Positions 26,737 through 40,200 of a DNA stretch of 64,000 nt are shown in pieces. The first letter of the stretch is position 1; each line of letters opens with the position of its first letter. The stretch comes from Yuukianura sp. NJ FZ-2021. Its lineage: Eukaryota. The notes beneath the pieces are model-generated. The model was not told where the DNA came from. It searched no databases and was given only the letters and a program-made list of their open reading frames with translations. Location: the NCBI GenBank assembly GCA_046563655.1, contig CM102290.1, positions 12,276,001 through 12,340,000 of the forward strand, in the 5' to 3' direction. Position numbers and translations under genes: made by a program.

Positions 26737-29700
26737 ATGCAGCTACACAACTTGTCACTATGTGTTCTTGTTCTGACTGTTTGGCTCGTGACATACTCAG
26801 GTAAACTGTTGACATGATTCTGATAAATTCTGAAAATTTTTGAGATTTTGAAAAATTTTTTGAAATTTGATTTCGTTTAATTTTGAAAACAAATTGGTTT
26901 CAGGAAGCTTGGAAGTAATTCTTGCGAGGTGTTGCAATTTGGGTGTACGATGGGCGTGGGACAATAATACTTGCAGCCGATTCCCAAGTCCAGTGCACAA
27001 TGTGGCCAACGAGCAGCAAGGACCGTGTCTTTCTACGATTGAGGCTTGTTGCCAACGAAATTTCAGGTTAGGCTACTATTGTGTCATGTTAAGCAAAGGT
27101 TTTCACTTTCTAACTCAGCGAGGTCAAAGGTCAAGTCATTTCAAATTGTCATTTTGTTTGAATCTTATAGGGAGCGGCAATGTACCAAGGGCCATGACAC
27201 GGCCAAATCAGGCGGGGAATGTACTGAAGGGAGTGGAGTTGGTGGATCCTATCACAAGGTGAGGAGTTGTAACTATAAGCGGGAATTTTTGTTTAAATTA
27301 GTGCAAAACATTGTATTGTCGTTTTTTCGTGTTGCTATTTTAGGATTGTTGCGAGGGATGTAAGCTTGGCTTAATTGCCGGATCGATGGGCCTTCAATGT
27401 GAATTTGCTTCACTAAAAGTTGCTCTGGGGCCACCGTGGGATTCTTCTTTGACGAAATGCTGCCTACAAGCTGGCGGCATACCAACGTCGCCACAAAGAA
27501 CCACTACGGTTGCGTCATTTACTTCTGCATTAGCTGCATTAACTTCATTAACTCAACCTTCGACGACACGTAAAACATTTCATCGGCTTTTCTGCCGAAG
27601 TGTATTGTTGCTTAGCAGCGATTCAGGAATTGCGTGTAACTTTTGGTTTTTTGAAAATTGAAGGTCCTATTGCTGGAACAACAAGCTTAGCAACGTCAAC
27701 GCCAAACGATATTTGTGCCCTCTTTCCCGGACAACTGTGTTCTCATATATGTATTCCTGATGGAAACACGTTCAAATGCGCATGTCAGCCTGGATATCGT
27801 CTTCTACCGGACGGAAAATCGTGTTTCTTGGACAACATTGCTACACAGTCGACGTAAGGAGAAATTAACCAAAATGAAATTATGTTGATGTAAATTTTAA
27901 CAATACAATTTGAAAGCAGTACGGAGAGTTCAACTCAAAGTGGGAGAGACAAACAATGTCCAATTGGATTCGCGTATAACGCGCAGACGCAGATATGTGA
28001 CGGTACGTTTTCGGTTTGCTTTTTGGTTGACTAATTTATAAATTACGATGTCCATGATTTTCCTGCTTTGTTCCACAGATATCAACGAGTGTGAAATGAA
28101 TGCCTGCAGAAAGTTTCCATACAAAACTTGCGTAAACACAATTGGTTCATTTCTGTGCGAACAGGCAGAGCGAGAAAACGAGCCGAGTCACCAGTGTCCT
28201 CCTGGATATCGCCACAATGACGAAGCTGCAACCTGTGTTGGTAATTTTTGAAACCATTTTGATATCAATTTTAAAAAGTGCGAGAGTTTTAAAATTTACC
28301 TTATTCCTAAGATATCAACGAATGCGAAGAGGGAGTCCATATTTGCGATTCGACGCAGTACTGCATCAACACTCCCGGTGGATTCGACTGTCAGAGCAAA
28401 AAGGAGTTCAGTCGCTACAACTGTCCCGCTGGATACAAGTTTAACAACAATACGCTCAACTGTGAAGGTAAGTGACCTCTGCCTTGCTGGATTACAATCT
28501 AACTCGTCTAGCTACGTCTTCCATGCTCTCAGCAATGCTAATGTGTGTTGATTTTTTTTTTGCCATTACAGACGTAGACGAATGTCAGGAGTCTCTGTCA
28601 TCTTGCAGCGATTATGAAGTTTGTCGAAATACTGCTGGAGCATACGACTGCGACATTCGGTGTCGGGATGGTTTCCGTTTCGACATTCGTCTGCGGTCGT
28701 GCCAGGACGAAGATGAATGTCTGCTGGGCACACATGACTGTATGGTTTCCCAGGAGACTTGCGTCAATGTTCCAGGAAGCTACCAATGTCACCAGATCCA
28801 ACCGTCAGAGAATAATTGTCCGCCGGGCTACGAGCCTAACCAGAACTACACTTTTCTATGTCAAGGTCAATTGGAAACAACATTACTTGAAAGATGAACT
28901 ATGAAAGATGTTCAATGCTGTAATGAATCTGTTGCTTCTTACAGATGTAGACGAGTGTAAAGCATCCTACCTGCATACATGTACGGCGTCGGAGACTTGT
29001 ATCAACGAACTCGGAGGATACCGATGTGATCCGCCTGTTGTAGATGCAGACTCGTCCACTACTGAAACCGACGTAGACATCACGGACAATACTATTCCCG
29101 GAAGCAGCGGTAAGAATTGCATCAGTGATGCCATTTTCTACTTATCAAAATGTTGAAATGATCGAATTTGAAATGTTGAATAAGATTTTTGAATTTTGTG
29201 TTCACTAGGACGGATAGAACTAGTAACACAAGTACCAACAGAGCATTCCGGGTACAAGTTTCCTTCAACTGACCCGCCGCGACGGCACAATGAACCGCAA
29301 GTGACGTCATGCAAACTGGGCTTTAGAATGCGTCTAGCAACCGTCGGACAGGAACCGGGTTGTGAAGGTAGCCAAGCACATTATTTTCAAAATTGCAATT
29401 TCAAAGTGTTAATCATTGAATTGGCAAAAATGGTGCAGATATCGACGAATGCAAGGAAGGAACAGCATGTGACAGTACTCAACTCTGCCAGAACACCATT
29501 GGAAGCTTCTATTGCCACTGCAGAAGTGGATATTACCGGGACCCTGTCACCAAAACATGTCAAGGTCAGAAATCAACATTTAGAATTTCTTAGAAACAAT
29601 TTTTTTTTCGAAGCGATGAAATTCTTTTTTGTCCTATCTAGACGTCAACGAGTGTCAAACTGGGCAACACACTTGTACATCCAGTCAGCGATGTGACAAT

Positions 29701-31944
29701 TCTCCAGGCTCCTACAGTTGTATCAGAATCACAGGCTGTGGCACTGGATACACTCTGAATACTGGAACTGGACAATGTGAAGGTATTAACTCACAAGGAT
29801 CCACAAAATTTTGACTTTTATAATAAAATTTTGATTTCGATTTGAGTAGATGACGACGAGTGTCTATTTGGGAACCACAATTGTCATGCGCTAGGACCAG
29901 AGTGGGAGTGTAAAAATACGCTTGGGTCGTTCCGATGTGACAAAGCTTTGAAGTCGTGCCCCATTGGCCTTAGTTTGGCTCCTACTGGAGACTGTCGCCC
30001 AACGTGCAATCCAGGATTCCAGTTCAACTCTCGAGGAGAATGCATTGGTAATTTAAGTTACTAAAATAACTATGGAGATATTCCGTGGATTTTTGCATTT
30101 TTAAATTTTAGACATTGACGAATGTCGCCAAGTGCCTGGAGTTCGAAGTATATGTCAAAGACATCAGCGTTGTGTGAATACTGAGGGAGCGTATCGCTGT
30201 ATGTCTGAAATCATTTGTCCTTCGGGTTACGAAGCCGATGGAACTGGAACTCGCTGTGTTGGTAATCGTTAATTTCTATGCAAAATCAAATTCTTCAGTT
30301 TGTGAATAATATTTTTGTTGTTTCAGATGTAGATGAATGTACAGTCGGTGGACACGACTGCCGAAGTAACCAAGAATGTATCAATCGTCCTGGTGGCTAC
30401 GTCTGCAAATGTCCTGCAGGATACACCATTTCAGAAAGTATGGAATGCGAAGACATTGATGAGTGCAGTCGCTATGCTGGACATGTGAGTCAACTCGTAT
30501 ACTTCCTACAGGCTTTCAAAAACTTCCAAAACTAGAAAAGTTTGGTACAAAAATTTAATTCTTTTATGGAATTGATATTTTCCAACTTCTTTTTTGTCAG
30601 GTTTGCTCATCCAACTCCGATTGCTACAACACGCAAGGTTCGTTTCGGTGTATTTGCAAAACTGGATTTGAACAAGGTTCAGACGACCAAACTTGCAAAG
30701 GTGAACGAATTTATATGAATGATAGTGGATTAAATTTATGCTAAACTATTTATATTTGTGTTTTTATATTATTTTATATTTGTTGATTCTTTTAATTTTT
30801 GATGTAGACGTGGATGAGTGTGCGAATTTGCACAGAATCTGTGATCAAAACTGTCTCAATACTTGGGGCTCATACCGTTGTACCTGCACTACAGGATTTA
30901 CACTTGGCGCTGACGGACGGTGAGGTCAGAGGCCAATGACCTCATATTTTTTAACCACTGCGATTCTAATTTATCAAGTTCTGCACTTAATCTGTAACCT
31001 TTGTCCAGAACCTGTCAAGACGTAGACGAATGTAGACTAAGTCAAGGCGAGTTTTTGTGTGCCGGACGATGCATTAACACGCATGGGTCATACAGATGCT
31101 CATGTCCCGACGGCTATCAGCTCAGAAGTGACAACCGGAGTTGTCAAGGTTGGCAAATATTTCTGTACACATTGGACAATTTACGAGTTTATTAAATTTC
31201 TGCTTCTTGTTTTCTAGACATTGACGAGTGTGAACGTAGACCGTGTCGGTCGGACGAATCGTGTTTGAACATTCGCGGCGGATTTCGCTGCAACCGATTG
31301 ATATGTCCTGCGGGTTACGAAAGGGAGGGGTCAGATGAGTAAGTTCTGTGACATTTCTAAGAAATTGTGTCAACGTTGTAGTTAGTTTGTTTAAATTTTA
31401 AAATTTTCAATTAAAATTTAAAAAATTCTTATAGCCGTTGCAAGAAAACTATTCACTGTGCCGAAGGTGACACGGAATGCTTGAAACAACCGCTCACAGT
31501 TTCCAAAAATTACCTCAGCTTCACGTCCAATGTTCGTCTGGGGTCACTTGGTTACATTGACATGTTCACAATGAAGGGTCCTAGTTGGCCTGGAGCAGTA
31601 ATGCACTTCACTCTGGAAATGAAAGAAGCCAGGGCTGCTGCTGGGATCGCTGCAGTAACACGAGACCATTTTCTTCTCAGGCGACCATCTCCGCATCAGT
31701 CGATCATTTCCCTCATCAAAACAATTCCAGGCCCACAGGTTAGAAAAACATAAAAAATAAGCTTGTCTTGTATAAAATTGAGTTATTTTTTGGAAAAGTA
31801 TTTTTAAAAAATTTTTTTCTTAAATTTTTTTTAATGTTCCAGGATGTGGAATTGGAACTATTGATGGAAGTGTACCACAGAGGGGCTTATGCCGGATCAG
31901 CCCTTGCTCAAGTCGTGATTGTCGTTACAGCTCACGAGTTCTAA
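26737..31944 (+). CDS. FBLN1: Fibulin (fibulin-1/2-like) extracellular matrix protein
   Basis: Signal-peptide exon [21 protein letters not shown]. Anaphylatoxin-type CC modules, a long run of Ca-binding EGF repeats (DINEC/DVDEC), and a C-terminal fibulin globular domain ending [10 protein letters not shown]. Confidence 0.9.
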
Positions 31945-32589
31945 TTGTGACGCTGACACATTTCAACTATAACCACATGATCTGTATAAAAATTAAGTAA
32001 CTTACAAGTTGTTACAAACTATGTTAACGGTTCCCCCTGCTCCCTCACTATGTCCATCTTCCCTTGTCATCAATTGCTTTGAAATCCCACATCTCATTTT
32101 GTTGATTAAATCCTGCGGTTGACTTTTGCTGTTGATTTGTTGAGACGCTTTTGTTCCAACTTTGAGTGTTACAGCGATCGAGTCCAGTCCAAGGTCAACT
32201 GGATGCAGGGAAAGGTCAGTAGGATCTTATATGCTCCAGTTCCTTGTTCAATCACTTTGTAACGGAAACTGCGGTCTGGAAGCGGTAGACAATAATTTAG
32301 TCCCACGCTAAACTCTTACTTCCACTAAACTGTAATTTGTCACTTCAAACTTAAATCATAAGTGAGATATTGAAAATGGAGTCAAACTTATTGTCAGTTA
32401 AAGCATTTAGGTAATTGAAAATCAAAACAACAGCATTGTAAGTGACGTTTTTCGAAATGTCCAACTTTGTTTCAACGCGTGTGATTCCTTTAGTGGACAT
32501 TGTAAGTATCGTGACTTGAAATTTTGAGAGGAAATAAGAAATATAGTAATAAAAAATTCGGATTTTAGATTTTTTTTTGTTGAAAGCAG

Positions 32590-33488
32590 ATTTTGGCCCT
32601 TGCAGTGATGACTGTTTGTTGCTGGACGCTTACGGAGACATTCCAAAATGAAGAAGATGGATACTATGTTGACTCGAGAAACCAGTCTTCACGATTCAGC
32701 GTTGTGCCTAGTACGCTGATTCTTGTTGACAACGCTGCGACGACGCAGTCAACCGAATTCGTGTCAGTTACAATGTCTACTTTAGATGACAATTTGGCAC
32801 CGACCAATTCACAGCGCATGACACGACGCTACATGCTCATAATTCAGGCGTCACTGGCCGTTTGTGTCTTAGCAACGCTTTTCCAAATTGTCATCTCCAT
32901 TTATCTACTCTGCGCTGACGCAAAGGTTGGTCACAAAACTTAAAATTTTCAAAAGACAATTTTTTTTCGTGAATGCAAAACTTAAAAAATTGGTGAAAGA
33001 TAAATGAAAAGAAAAGATTTTCTTGAAATTTTGAACTTTTGTTTCTTCATTTTTTAAGGTGTTACGTTTCTAAGCAATTTTCTTGAAAAGTGTTCAAAAT
33101 ATTATATTATTTGAATTGTGTTTTTCAATTTCAGAAACGGCGGGAACGACTGCGCATGTGGCAACTGTCCCACTTGATCATATTGGTGGTGCTGACGATG
33201 TGCTTTTTGGTGCCACTGTCGTACAACCAGGACAAGGACGCTTTTCGTGGAGTGGGTTCCTTTGGAAACTACATTAGGAAGCAAGTGAGTCACTTGTACA
33301 ACGACATTGTGTCTGCTGATACTGCGCAGGACAGTGACTACCTCCAGTCACTTTTCACTAACTCAAATAATTTACTTTACTTTGTCATTCCGTTCTCTGT
33401 CTTTTTCATTTTACTTTTACTTTTTAACTCTTGCTGTGTCAGTTGCGGATGTTGTAGCAAACCTCGATACCATCATCACAACGTCTAA
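32590..33488 (+). CDS. Small multi-pass membrane protein of unknown family; 5' exon unresolved
   Basis: Two in-phase exons (32590-32925 and 33135-33488) with 3-4 hydrophobic helices, a Ser/Thr-rich loop and a Cys-rich C-tail (NSCCVSCGCC). Confidence 0.6.
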
Positions 33489-34045
33489 AAAAAAATTGTG
33501 TCGAAGAATTGCAAATAAAAAAATTGCAAGTTTTTTGCAACTTACAAAGCACTTTATATGCAAGTACAAAGTTTGATATATAAGTTGCAAAGTTGCAACG
33601 AAACTAATCTGGCATGTCCTCATTCCTAAAGTTAGGTTTAGCTGCAAAAGCAGAAAATGCTATCAGAGAGTGACGCTTTGCGGAAACAACTTTTTCAAAA
33701 ATTCTATTTTAGAACATCAGTTCGGAACAAAAGTTATTGAAAGTGTTTCAGTGTCGTGTTCATAGGAAATTAGAAAAGTAGTGAAACCATGCGGCTGAAA
33801 AGTTTTCCTTGCTCCAAATTCTTGACTTTTTAGTAACTTTTTATTTAACTTGTGCCGTTGTGCCTCAAAGCTAGCGTAGTAGCGTCTGCTTCTTCATGTG
33901 TTTCAAAATTGTTTGCCAACATGAAATAATCTTCGAACCGTAACACTTAAGGCGTGGATTTCAGTTGTGGTTAAGACCTATGTGTCCATAACCCTAACAT
34001 TATCTGTGGTGCAGCATAGGGTACAGTAACAAAAAATCAGAAATA

Positions 34046-34267
34046 CCGCATTTCCTTGCATATAATGCGCAATGCCGTATAACGCTCAATCTCAAATTGT
34101 CTCTTTGGTACATAACCCGGTTAGAGTAGAGTTTAATACACATTTCCAAAGCAATTGTTGCATATGATTAACGAAATTCTGTAATTTTCAGGAGAAATAA
34201 TTGTGGTGCTTCAGAAATTTTCCGAAATTTCATGTATAACGCGCGCACTATATGCAAGGAAATACGG
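34046..34267. mobile_element. Tc1/mariner-pogo-type MITE
   Basis: 25-bp TIRs CCGCATTTCCTTGCATATAATGCGC / GCGCACTATATGCAAGGAAATACGG (23/25 match). Flanked by TA on the left and TG (decayed TA) on the right. Confidence 0.8.
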
Positions 34268-34875
34268 TGTTCATTGTTTAATATCATGAAGGGAGGGTGA
34301 AGTTTAAGGGCTCAACGGAAAACATTATGGTCCCTTGGAATATGTTAGGTTTAGGTTAGGGTGAATGAAAGTGTTTTGAACAACGGATGATGTTAGGCTG
34401 CAAAAAGTGTTTCAGTATCGAAGTGGACTCTGAGAAAGTGCTATGACCTCTCGAATGTTACGACGTACACGAACAGCAGAAGTTTCTTTGTTCTGGATGC
34501 AAGAGGTACGTGACGATGACTCAATCCATAAAGAAACGAAGGTCAAATCACTTTCATCACACTTCCTTTGTGTTTGTATTCAATTTTAGAACGTCGAGTA
34601 AATAATTAAGGAGTCCATGGAGGAATCGATAGTCCAAAGGAATCAATAGTAGACTCGTCGGGTGACATTGACATTGACACTGGCTCCTGACAGGCCTGTG
34701 GCAATAATGACAACATGAAGACGCTCGAAGCTCCAGGAGTTACAGAAAAACTAAGGAACGCTTTTGATTTGTTTCTGGACGACAACACGACCAATCCACA
34801 ACATTTGCGTTAATTGAATTAGTGATTGACCAAAAACGAAAGTAATTAATTGCTCGAGTACTTAAATTCAATGCG

Positions 34876-36615
34876 ATGACCCCGACAAAGCCTGTGACCA
34901 CGGTCGGGATGGCCATTCGAAGGTAACCAAAAACAAATTTGCAAAAAAAAAATAATAATAATAATAATAATTTTTAGTTTACGCTATGAATTTTTCGGGA
35001 AGAAATTAGCTCTCTATCGCTTTCCGTTCTGGAGATGTAAATTTTCAAAATTATATTTTATTTGTAATTTTGACAACTTTTCTTTTGGATAGAATGTAAG
35101 CTATTTTTTTTCTGGAAAAGTCGAAAGTATTCTTCGCATTTTTTGAACTTTTTTTTTTCTGAATTTTTGAAACAAAAAGCCTAGCATTCTTTTTTTGTGA
35201 AATTGCAGAAGCGGCGCCAGATTGAGGGCCCTGAGCAAAGCGCACAGTCCACTTCACGTTCTTCTGTGGCAAACAAGGGAAACTGAGAGGGCCCTTCAGC
35301 TTGCTGCGACTGCCCAGAAAACGCTTTTTGCTGATGTCGCCACTTGGGCTTCCAATGAAAACTTGGCCATCAGCGACATTTGCTCCAACTTTGCAGAAAT
35401 CAGTGCCTTGGCGACATCAGCTCAAGCACAACTTGCTCAAGCCTACAAGTCATTTCGCAAGGACATGGCCATGGTTCTGGAAGGGGAGAAACGAGCGGAT
35501 GTGGCTCAAAGGAAATTGCAAGAAGCGGAGACCAAGCGACACAAAGCCCGTAGACTTGTAAGTGGCACTTAATCGATTGTTAATTAGTTAAATACTTCGT
35601 AATTCATCTAAGCATTGTTGGATTTCAGGTTCTTCAGTCGCAGAACAGAACGCAAGTGACCGGCATGAGTCCACAGACGTCCAGCGACTTTCCACAACTT
35701 CAGACACAATTGGCAGAGGCAGAACGACATGCCGAGAGGGCTCACTTGTCATGTAGATAATTTAAATGTCACTAATTTCAAAAATTCTGTTTTGATAAGT
35801 TCAAATATTTTGAATTCTGAAATTTTTTCTCACTTTTTTTTAGCATGTGAAGCCAAATCGGAGTCTGAAGCGACGAAACTAGTAATTCTGAGGTCAACGC
35901 TCCATAAATTGTCGCAATCCCACATTACATATGCTCATCAACTTCATACTATTTTCAGCGGTGGACAGCAATTGGCCCACCAAATTCCAGATCCGCCACC
36001 TCCAGGTTAGACTGCAAACTGTTTCATTCGATTCCGAAATTTCGTTTTTTCAAATTTTTTTTTTCAAACTTAGGAGAACACCTCAGTTGCATTCGATACA
36101 CCGGGTTTGAGTCGACCAGAAGTATCCTGAGCAGTGTCAAATCCCAAGTCCACGTTATGTCCACTAGTCCAAATTCTTCCTCTTCATTTGCATCAACTCC
36201 GCCAAGGTCATCTTCACAATTGACCCCGTCCAACCCTATTTCTTCGCCAAATTGGGCCACTCCGTCTCCATCGGCTCCAGAAAATCCATTTCTGGCTACT
36301 GACAACAATGACCTGCCACCACCCTACAACACTCCATTTAACAGGTTAGGCCAATTACTTTCCAATTTACTGAAATGGTAACAGTTTTACTAATTGTTTT
36401 GCAGGAGTGATGCCAGTCAAGGCTCAAGTTCTTCTGCTCAAAGGCACTACAGAAGTCCAAGCGTTCCTTTCACCAGTCCAACCCAAAACGTCAGCGTCAT
36501 TCCTCATCACCAAAGAGGGGATTCCGTTGGACCTGTTTTCTGTCAAGGTCAAATGTCAAGATCTTTCAACCATGGCAACAGCATTAACAATGGAAACGAT
36601 ACTGGGAGATACTGA
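34876..36615 (+). CDS. BAR-like helical protein resembling eisosome Pil1/Lsp1, with Ser/Pro-rich tail (6 exons, ~387 aa)
   Basis: Exons 34876-34922, 35209-35557, 35629-35752, 35844-36005, 36074-36344 and 36405-36615 join in phase. Long amphipathic helices including TWASNENLAISDI, YKSFRKDMAMVLEGE and RYTGFESTRSIL. The tail has NPF and PPPY motifs. Confidence 0.7.
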
Positions 36616-37225
36616 CAGTTACTCTGTGCGTGCTCGTGCTTTGCATGAGGGCATTTGACTGTATACTTTCCAACATTCGTCCAACGAAAAGTTTTTCAAA
36701 AACTAATTTTTGTACATGTACTACGATTTACGCAATTCGATTAGTATGGGGTCATCTTGTTTTAGCAAAAACATTTATAAAATGCAAACAAAAACTATGA
36801 ATACTATAACATATCAATAAAAAGTTGATTCATATTTAAACCTAACCCGTTCGATACATAATTCCCTCTTATATAGAGTGTTAATCAGTTAAATACTATA
36901 AATGTTAAATAGTTGTGTTTCTATAAAAAAAAATATATTAATGGGTATCGGTTTACTAATTTTTGTACGTTTTTTGAAAATTTTTCGGTAGTCATAAGGT
37001 GCAAAAGGACGCCACTAGTGTATAAGAGCATGAAACGCGGCAACATTGTATTCAATTGACAACGCACGTGCATGTGAAAATAATAAATCCATGTAGCCGT
37101 GTATTTGTTTTCCATTCATCTTATGTTTGTTGTGATTTGGGGTGTATTGAATTCGAAGTAATTGACATTTACAAAAGTGAAGTGACCTTTGACATCTCAC
37201 TTAACCTTGAGAAGATTCAGTTGTC

Positions 37226-40200
37226 ATGAAGAAAGCAGAAATTAGTTTCCCCAGGGGGAAAAATCCGATTCCGTTCCTGGGCTCGTCAACACCTGATTCG
37301 TCCAGCAAAGCCAAGAAATTGAAATCCAAGGCTTCTTCCGAAGGAATCACTGCTGTAAAGTTGAACAGAGTGGACGATGACCTGTTCAAAGTAAGTCATT
37401 GTGATTATCTTGTTCACCAATTAACTGTAAACTGCAGTGTTTATGATTTGGTATGTTTGCTTGTTGTAGGTATCCAAATTCAAGGGGCCGGAAGGGAAGA
37501 GCAAGAAGAAGAAGAAAAGTAGCGGTTTGACTTCTGATGAAGTTGATTTATTAGCTTCCGATACTGCTCAAGTCAAAGTGAAGAATGTGATCGACGTGTT
37601 ATCCTATGAGGTATCGAGCGATGCTTGTTTGATAAATGACTGTCCACTTAAATTGCCTTTGCTTTACTTACTACTTGTTTCAGACAATTACGGAAGGGAT
37701 GTTGAGCCTTGGCCGAATCATCAAAGTACGTGACCATGAAATTTTAGTCAGTCTACCAGGCCGGACGATGGGATCTGTACCAATTACCTCAATCTCACGT
37801 CCATATACGAAGGCCCTGGAAACACTCACTGCAGCTGGAAATTCAGAAGACGTGAGTTTACGACTTAACTTACTGCTTCGATCACATATGGTTCAACTGT
37901 AACTTGATTAAACTTTTGGTTAGCCTATCTACGGAGTTGACAGTCTGTTCCACGTAGGCCAAGTCGTATCTGTCGCTGTTGTTGGAGTCAAGAGGGAGGG
38001 ACACTCCGTTCGCGTCACGCTGTCAATGTCACCCAACGATTTACAAGCCGTTTACACTCCTGACAGTATCTGCGAATCCATGATTCTCACTGGAGCTGTC
38101 GCCAGTGTTGAAGATCACGGGTATATAATAGACATTGGAGTAGCTGGAACCACTGCGTTTCTTCCCAAAGAACAAGCCACTGGTTACATCCAACATCAAA
38201 ACCACAACAAGCCTTTAGGTAAGCTCAGAGTTAATGGAATTCCTTCTATTCAATTCTGTTGTGAAGTTACTTACAATATTGATGTTTCATACAGGTATCG
38301 GCCAACTTCTTAAATGCAAGGTACTGTCGTGCAGGTCAGCAGGGAAAAGCAAATCGGCAAAGCAGGCCCATGTGAGACTGACTCTCAGCCCGAAGGAAAT
38401 GAAGAAGACGCGATTGACTTTAGAAACTATCACCAACTATCAATTACTTCTTCCAGGAATGGAGTCAGAAGGGACTGTAATGACGGTAAGATCAGTCTAA
38501 GAACTTTGACACCGATTTGTCAATCACGCTTGAAAAAATCTTTCAGTTTTTAACCTTGATAGACTATGCAATTCCCTTAAATTTTGGAATAGTTTGTTTC
38601 CTTTTTTTTTCGTGTAAGAGTATACGTATATCATATTGCCCCAAAGACTGCATCGGTTGTCCGTCCATTGTCCGCCTCCTCCCGATTAACATTTTGCTGC
38701 AGATACTAGGATATACCATGTTAATTCCAATAAAATTAACGTTTCTACTGCTTGAATCACTAACTACTGGTTTAGGCCAGTTGTGGTGTTCTTCATTTAT
38801 ACAGTTTATGTACACTTCCTTAGCAGTTGACAGGCGTTTTGTCTTAATATGATTCACATTGCCCCAGTATTCAATTCCAGTCTACCATGTGTCTCAACAT
38901 ACCCCAATGTGAAATACTTTCACTTGAGAAGTATACAGGAAAGTTTTACTCGTTTCATCTTTGTCCGATCCTAAGCATTAACTATGTTCTAGTACTATAT
39001 GAAAGTAGACTACTTGTCCAAATGCTAATCTAACTTTCAATTCTTGTCTAATTTCCAGACGCACAAGACCGGACTGAAAGTGGATTTTCTAGACACGGTT
39101 GGTCACATTCACCTGGACCACATGGGTGACGCCTGGACACCTCCCGAATCCATTGAAATCGGATCTACCATTTTCCCTCGAGTGCTCTACACTTTGCCCA
39201 ACTCAAATAATCCAGCCTTGACCCTACAGAGTAGACTCTGTCAGAAGAAGATTGATGCTGGAATTTCACAGTCAACACTTACACTTGGCTCCAAACTCAA
39301 AGTCAAAATAGCCAGGATTGAGAAGAGGGGACTCATCATTCGATTCGAGGGTGGGGAGAGGGGGCTAGTGGCCGCAACACGCTGCTCAGACAATTCTGCC
39401 CTTACGGACGAAGACATCGCAAAAGCATTTCCTGTGGGTTCTTCCCATACCTGTTGTGTTCTGGAGTACAGTTCACTGGACAACATATACATAGCTTCAT
39501 TTCAACAGTAAGTCTACATTCATACTACTTATCACATCATGTTCCTGGAGTCATTCTGTTACTGAAAACGATTTCACGTCTGTTTTAGATCGGTGCTGAA
39601 TCAACCTGTAGTTCGGATAGATCAGCTCTCAGTGGGAGAAGTCGTATCATGTGAACTGAAGGCCTGGAAACCCAGTGGAGCCGTTGTGGCTGTAGGATTG
39701 GCCAAAGGTTTCATTCCGAAACTTCATTTTGGAGAACTTGTTCTGAAAAATCCAGCAGTCAAGTTTCCCGTAGGAAGCAAATTCAAAGGCCGGGTAGGTT
39801 GTATAGAGTCTCACTATACCCTTATTCAAGGTTCACTTTGAATGCATTATGTTTTGTGTACAGGTATGCCGGATTGACCAACTCAAGAATCAGATGATGT
39901 TAACTGCCAAGAAGAGACTGGTGAAGAGTAGTCTCCCAATTCTTTCTACTTTTGAGGAGTGTACTTACGGAACCCTTGCAGAGGGCGTCATTAGTCGAGT
40001 CACGGAATACGGACTCAATGTATATACCATTGGCGGACTTCCCGTGAGTCACTTTAGGAAAAACTGTTGTTGGTAATTAGTGTTAAACTTATGTTTAACT
40101 ACTCTCAGGCCTTCATACCCGCTTCCAAAGCGACACTGGAGGACCGCAGTCGCCTTCCACAACTCTTTTTGCCTGGACAAGTTGTTCAATTTCACGTCCT

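Noticed and set aside
34380..34850. Exon-like sequence upstream of the Pil1-like gene as extra coding exons
   Set aside because: All three frames hit stops after the candidate 34505/34590 splice. More likely UTR or decayed sequence.
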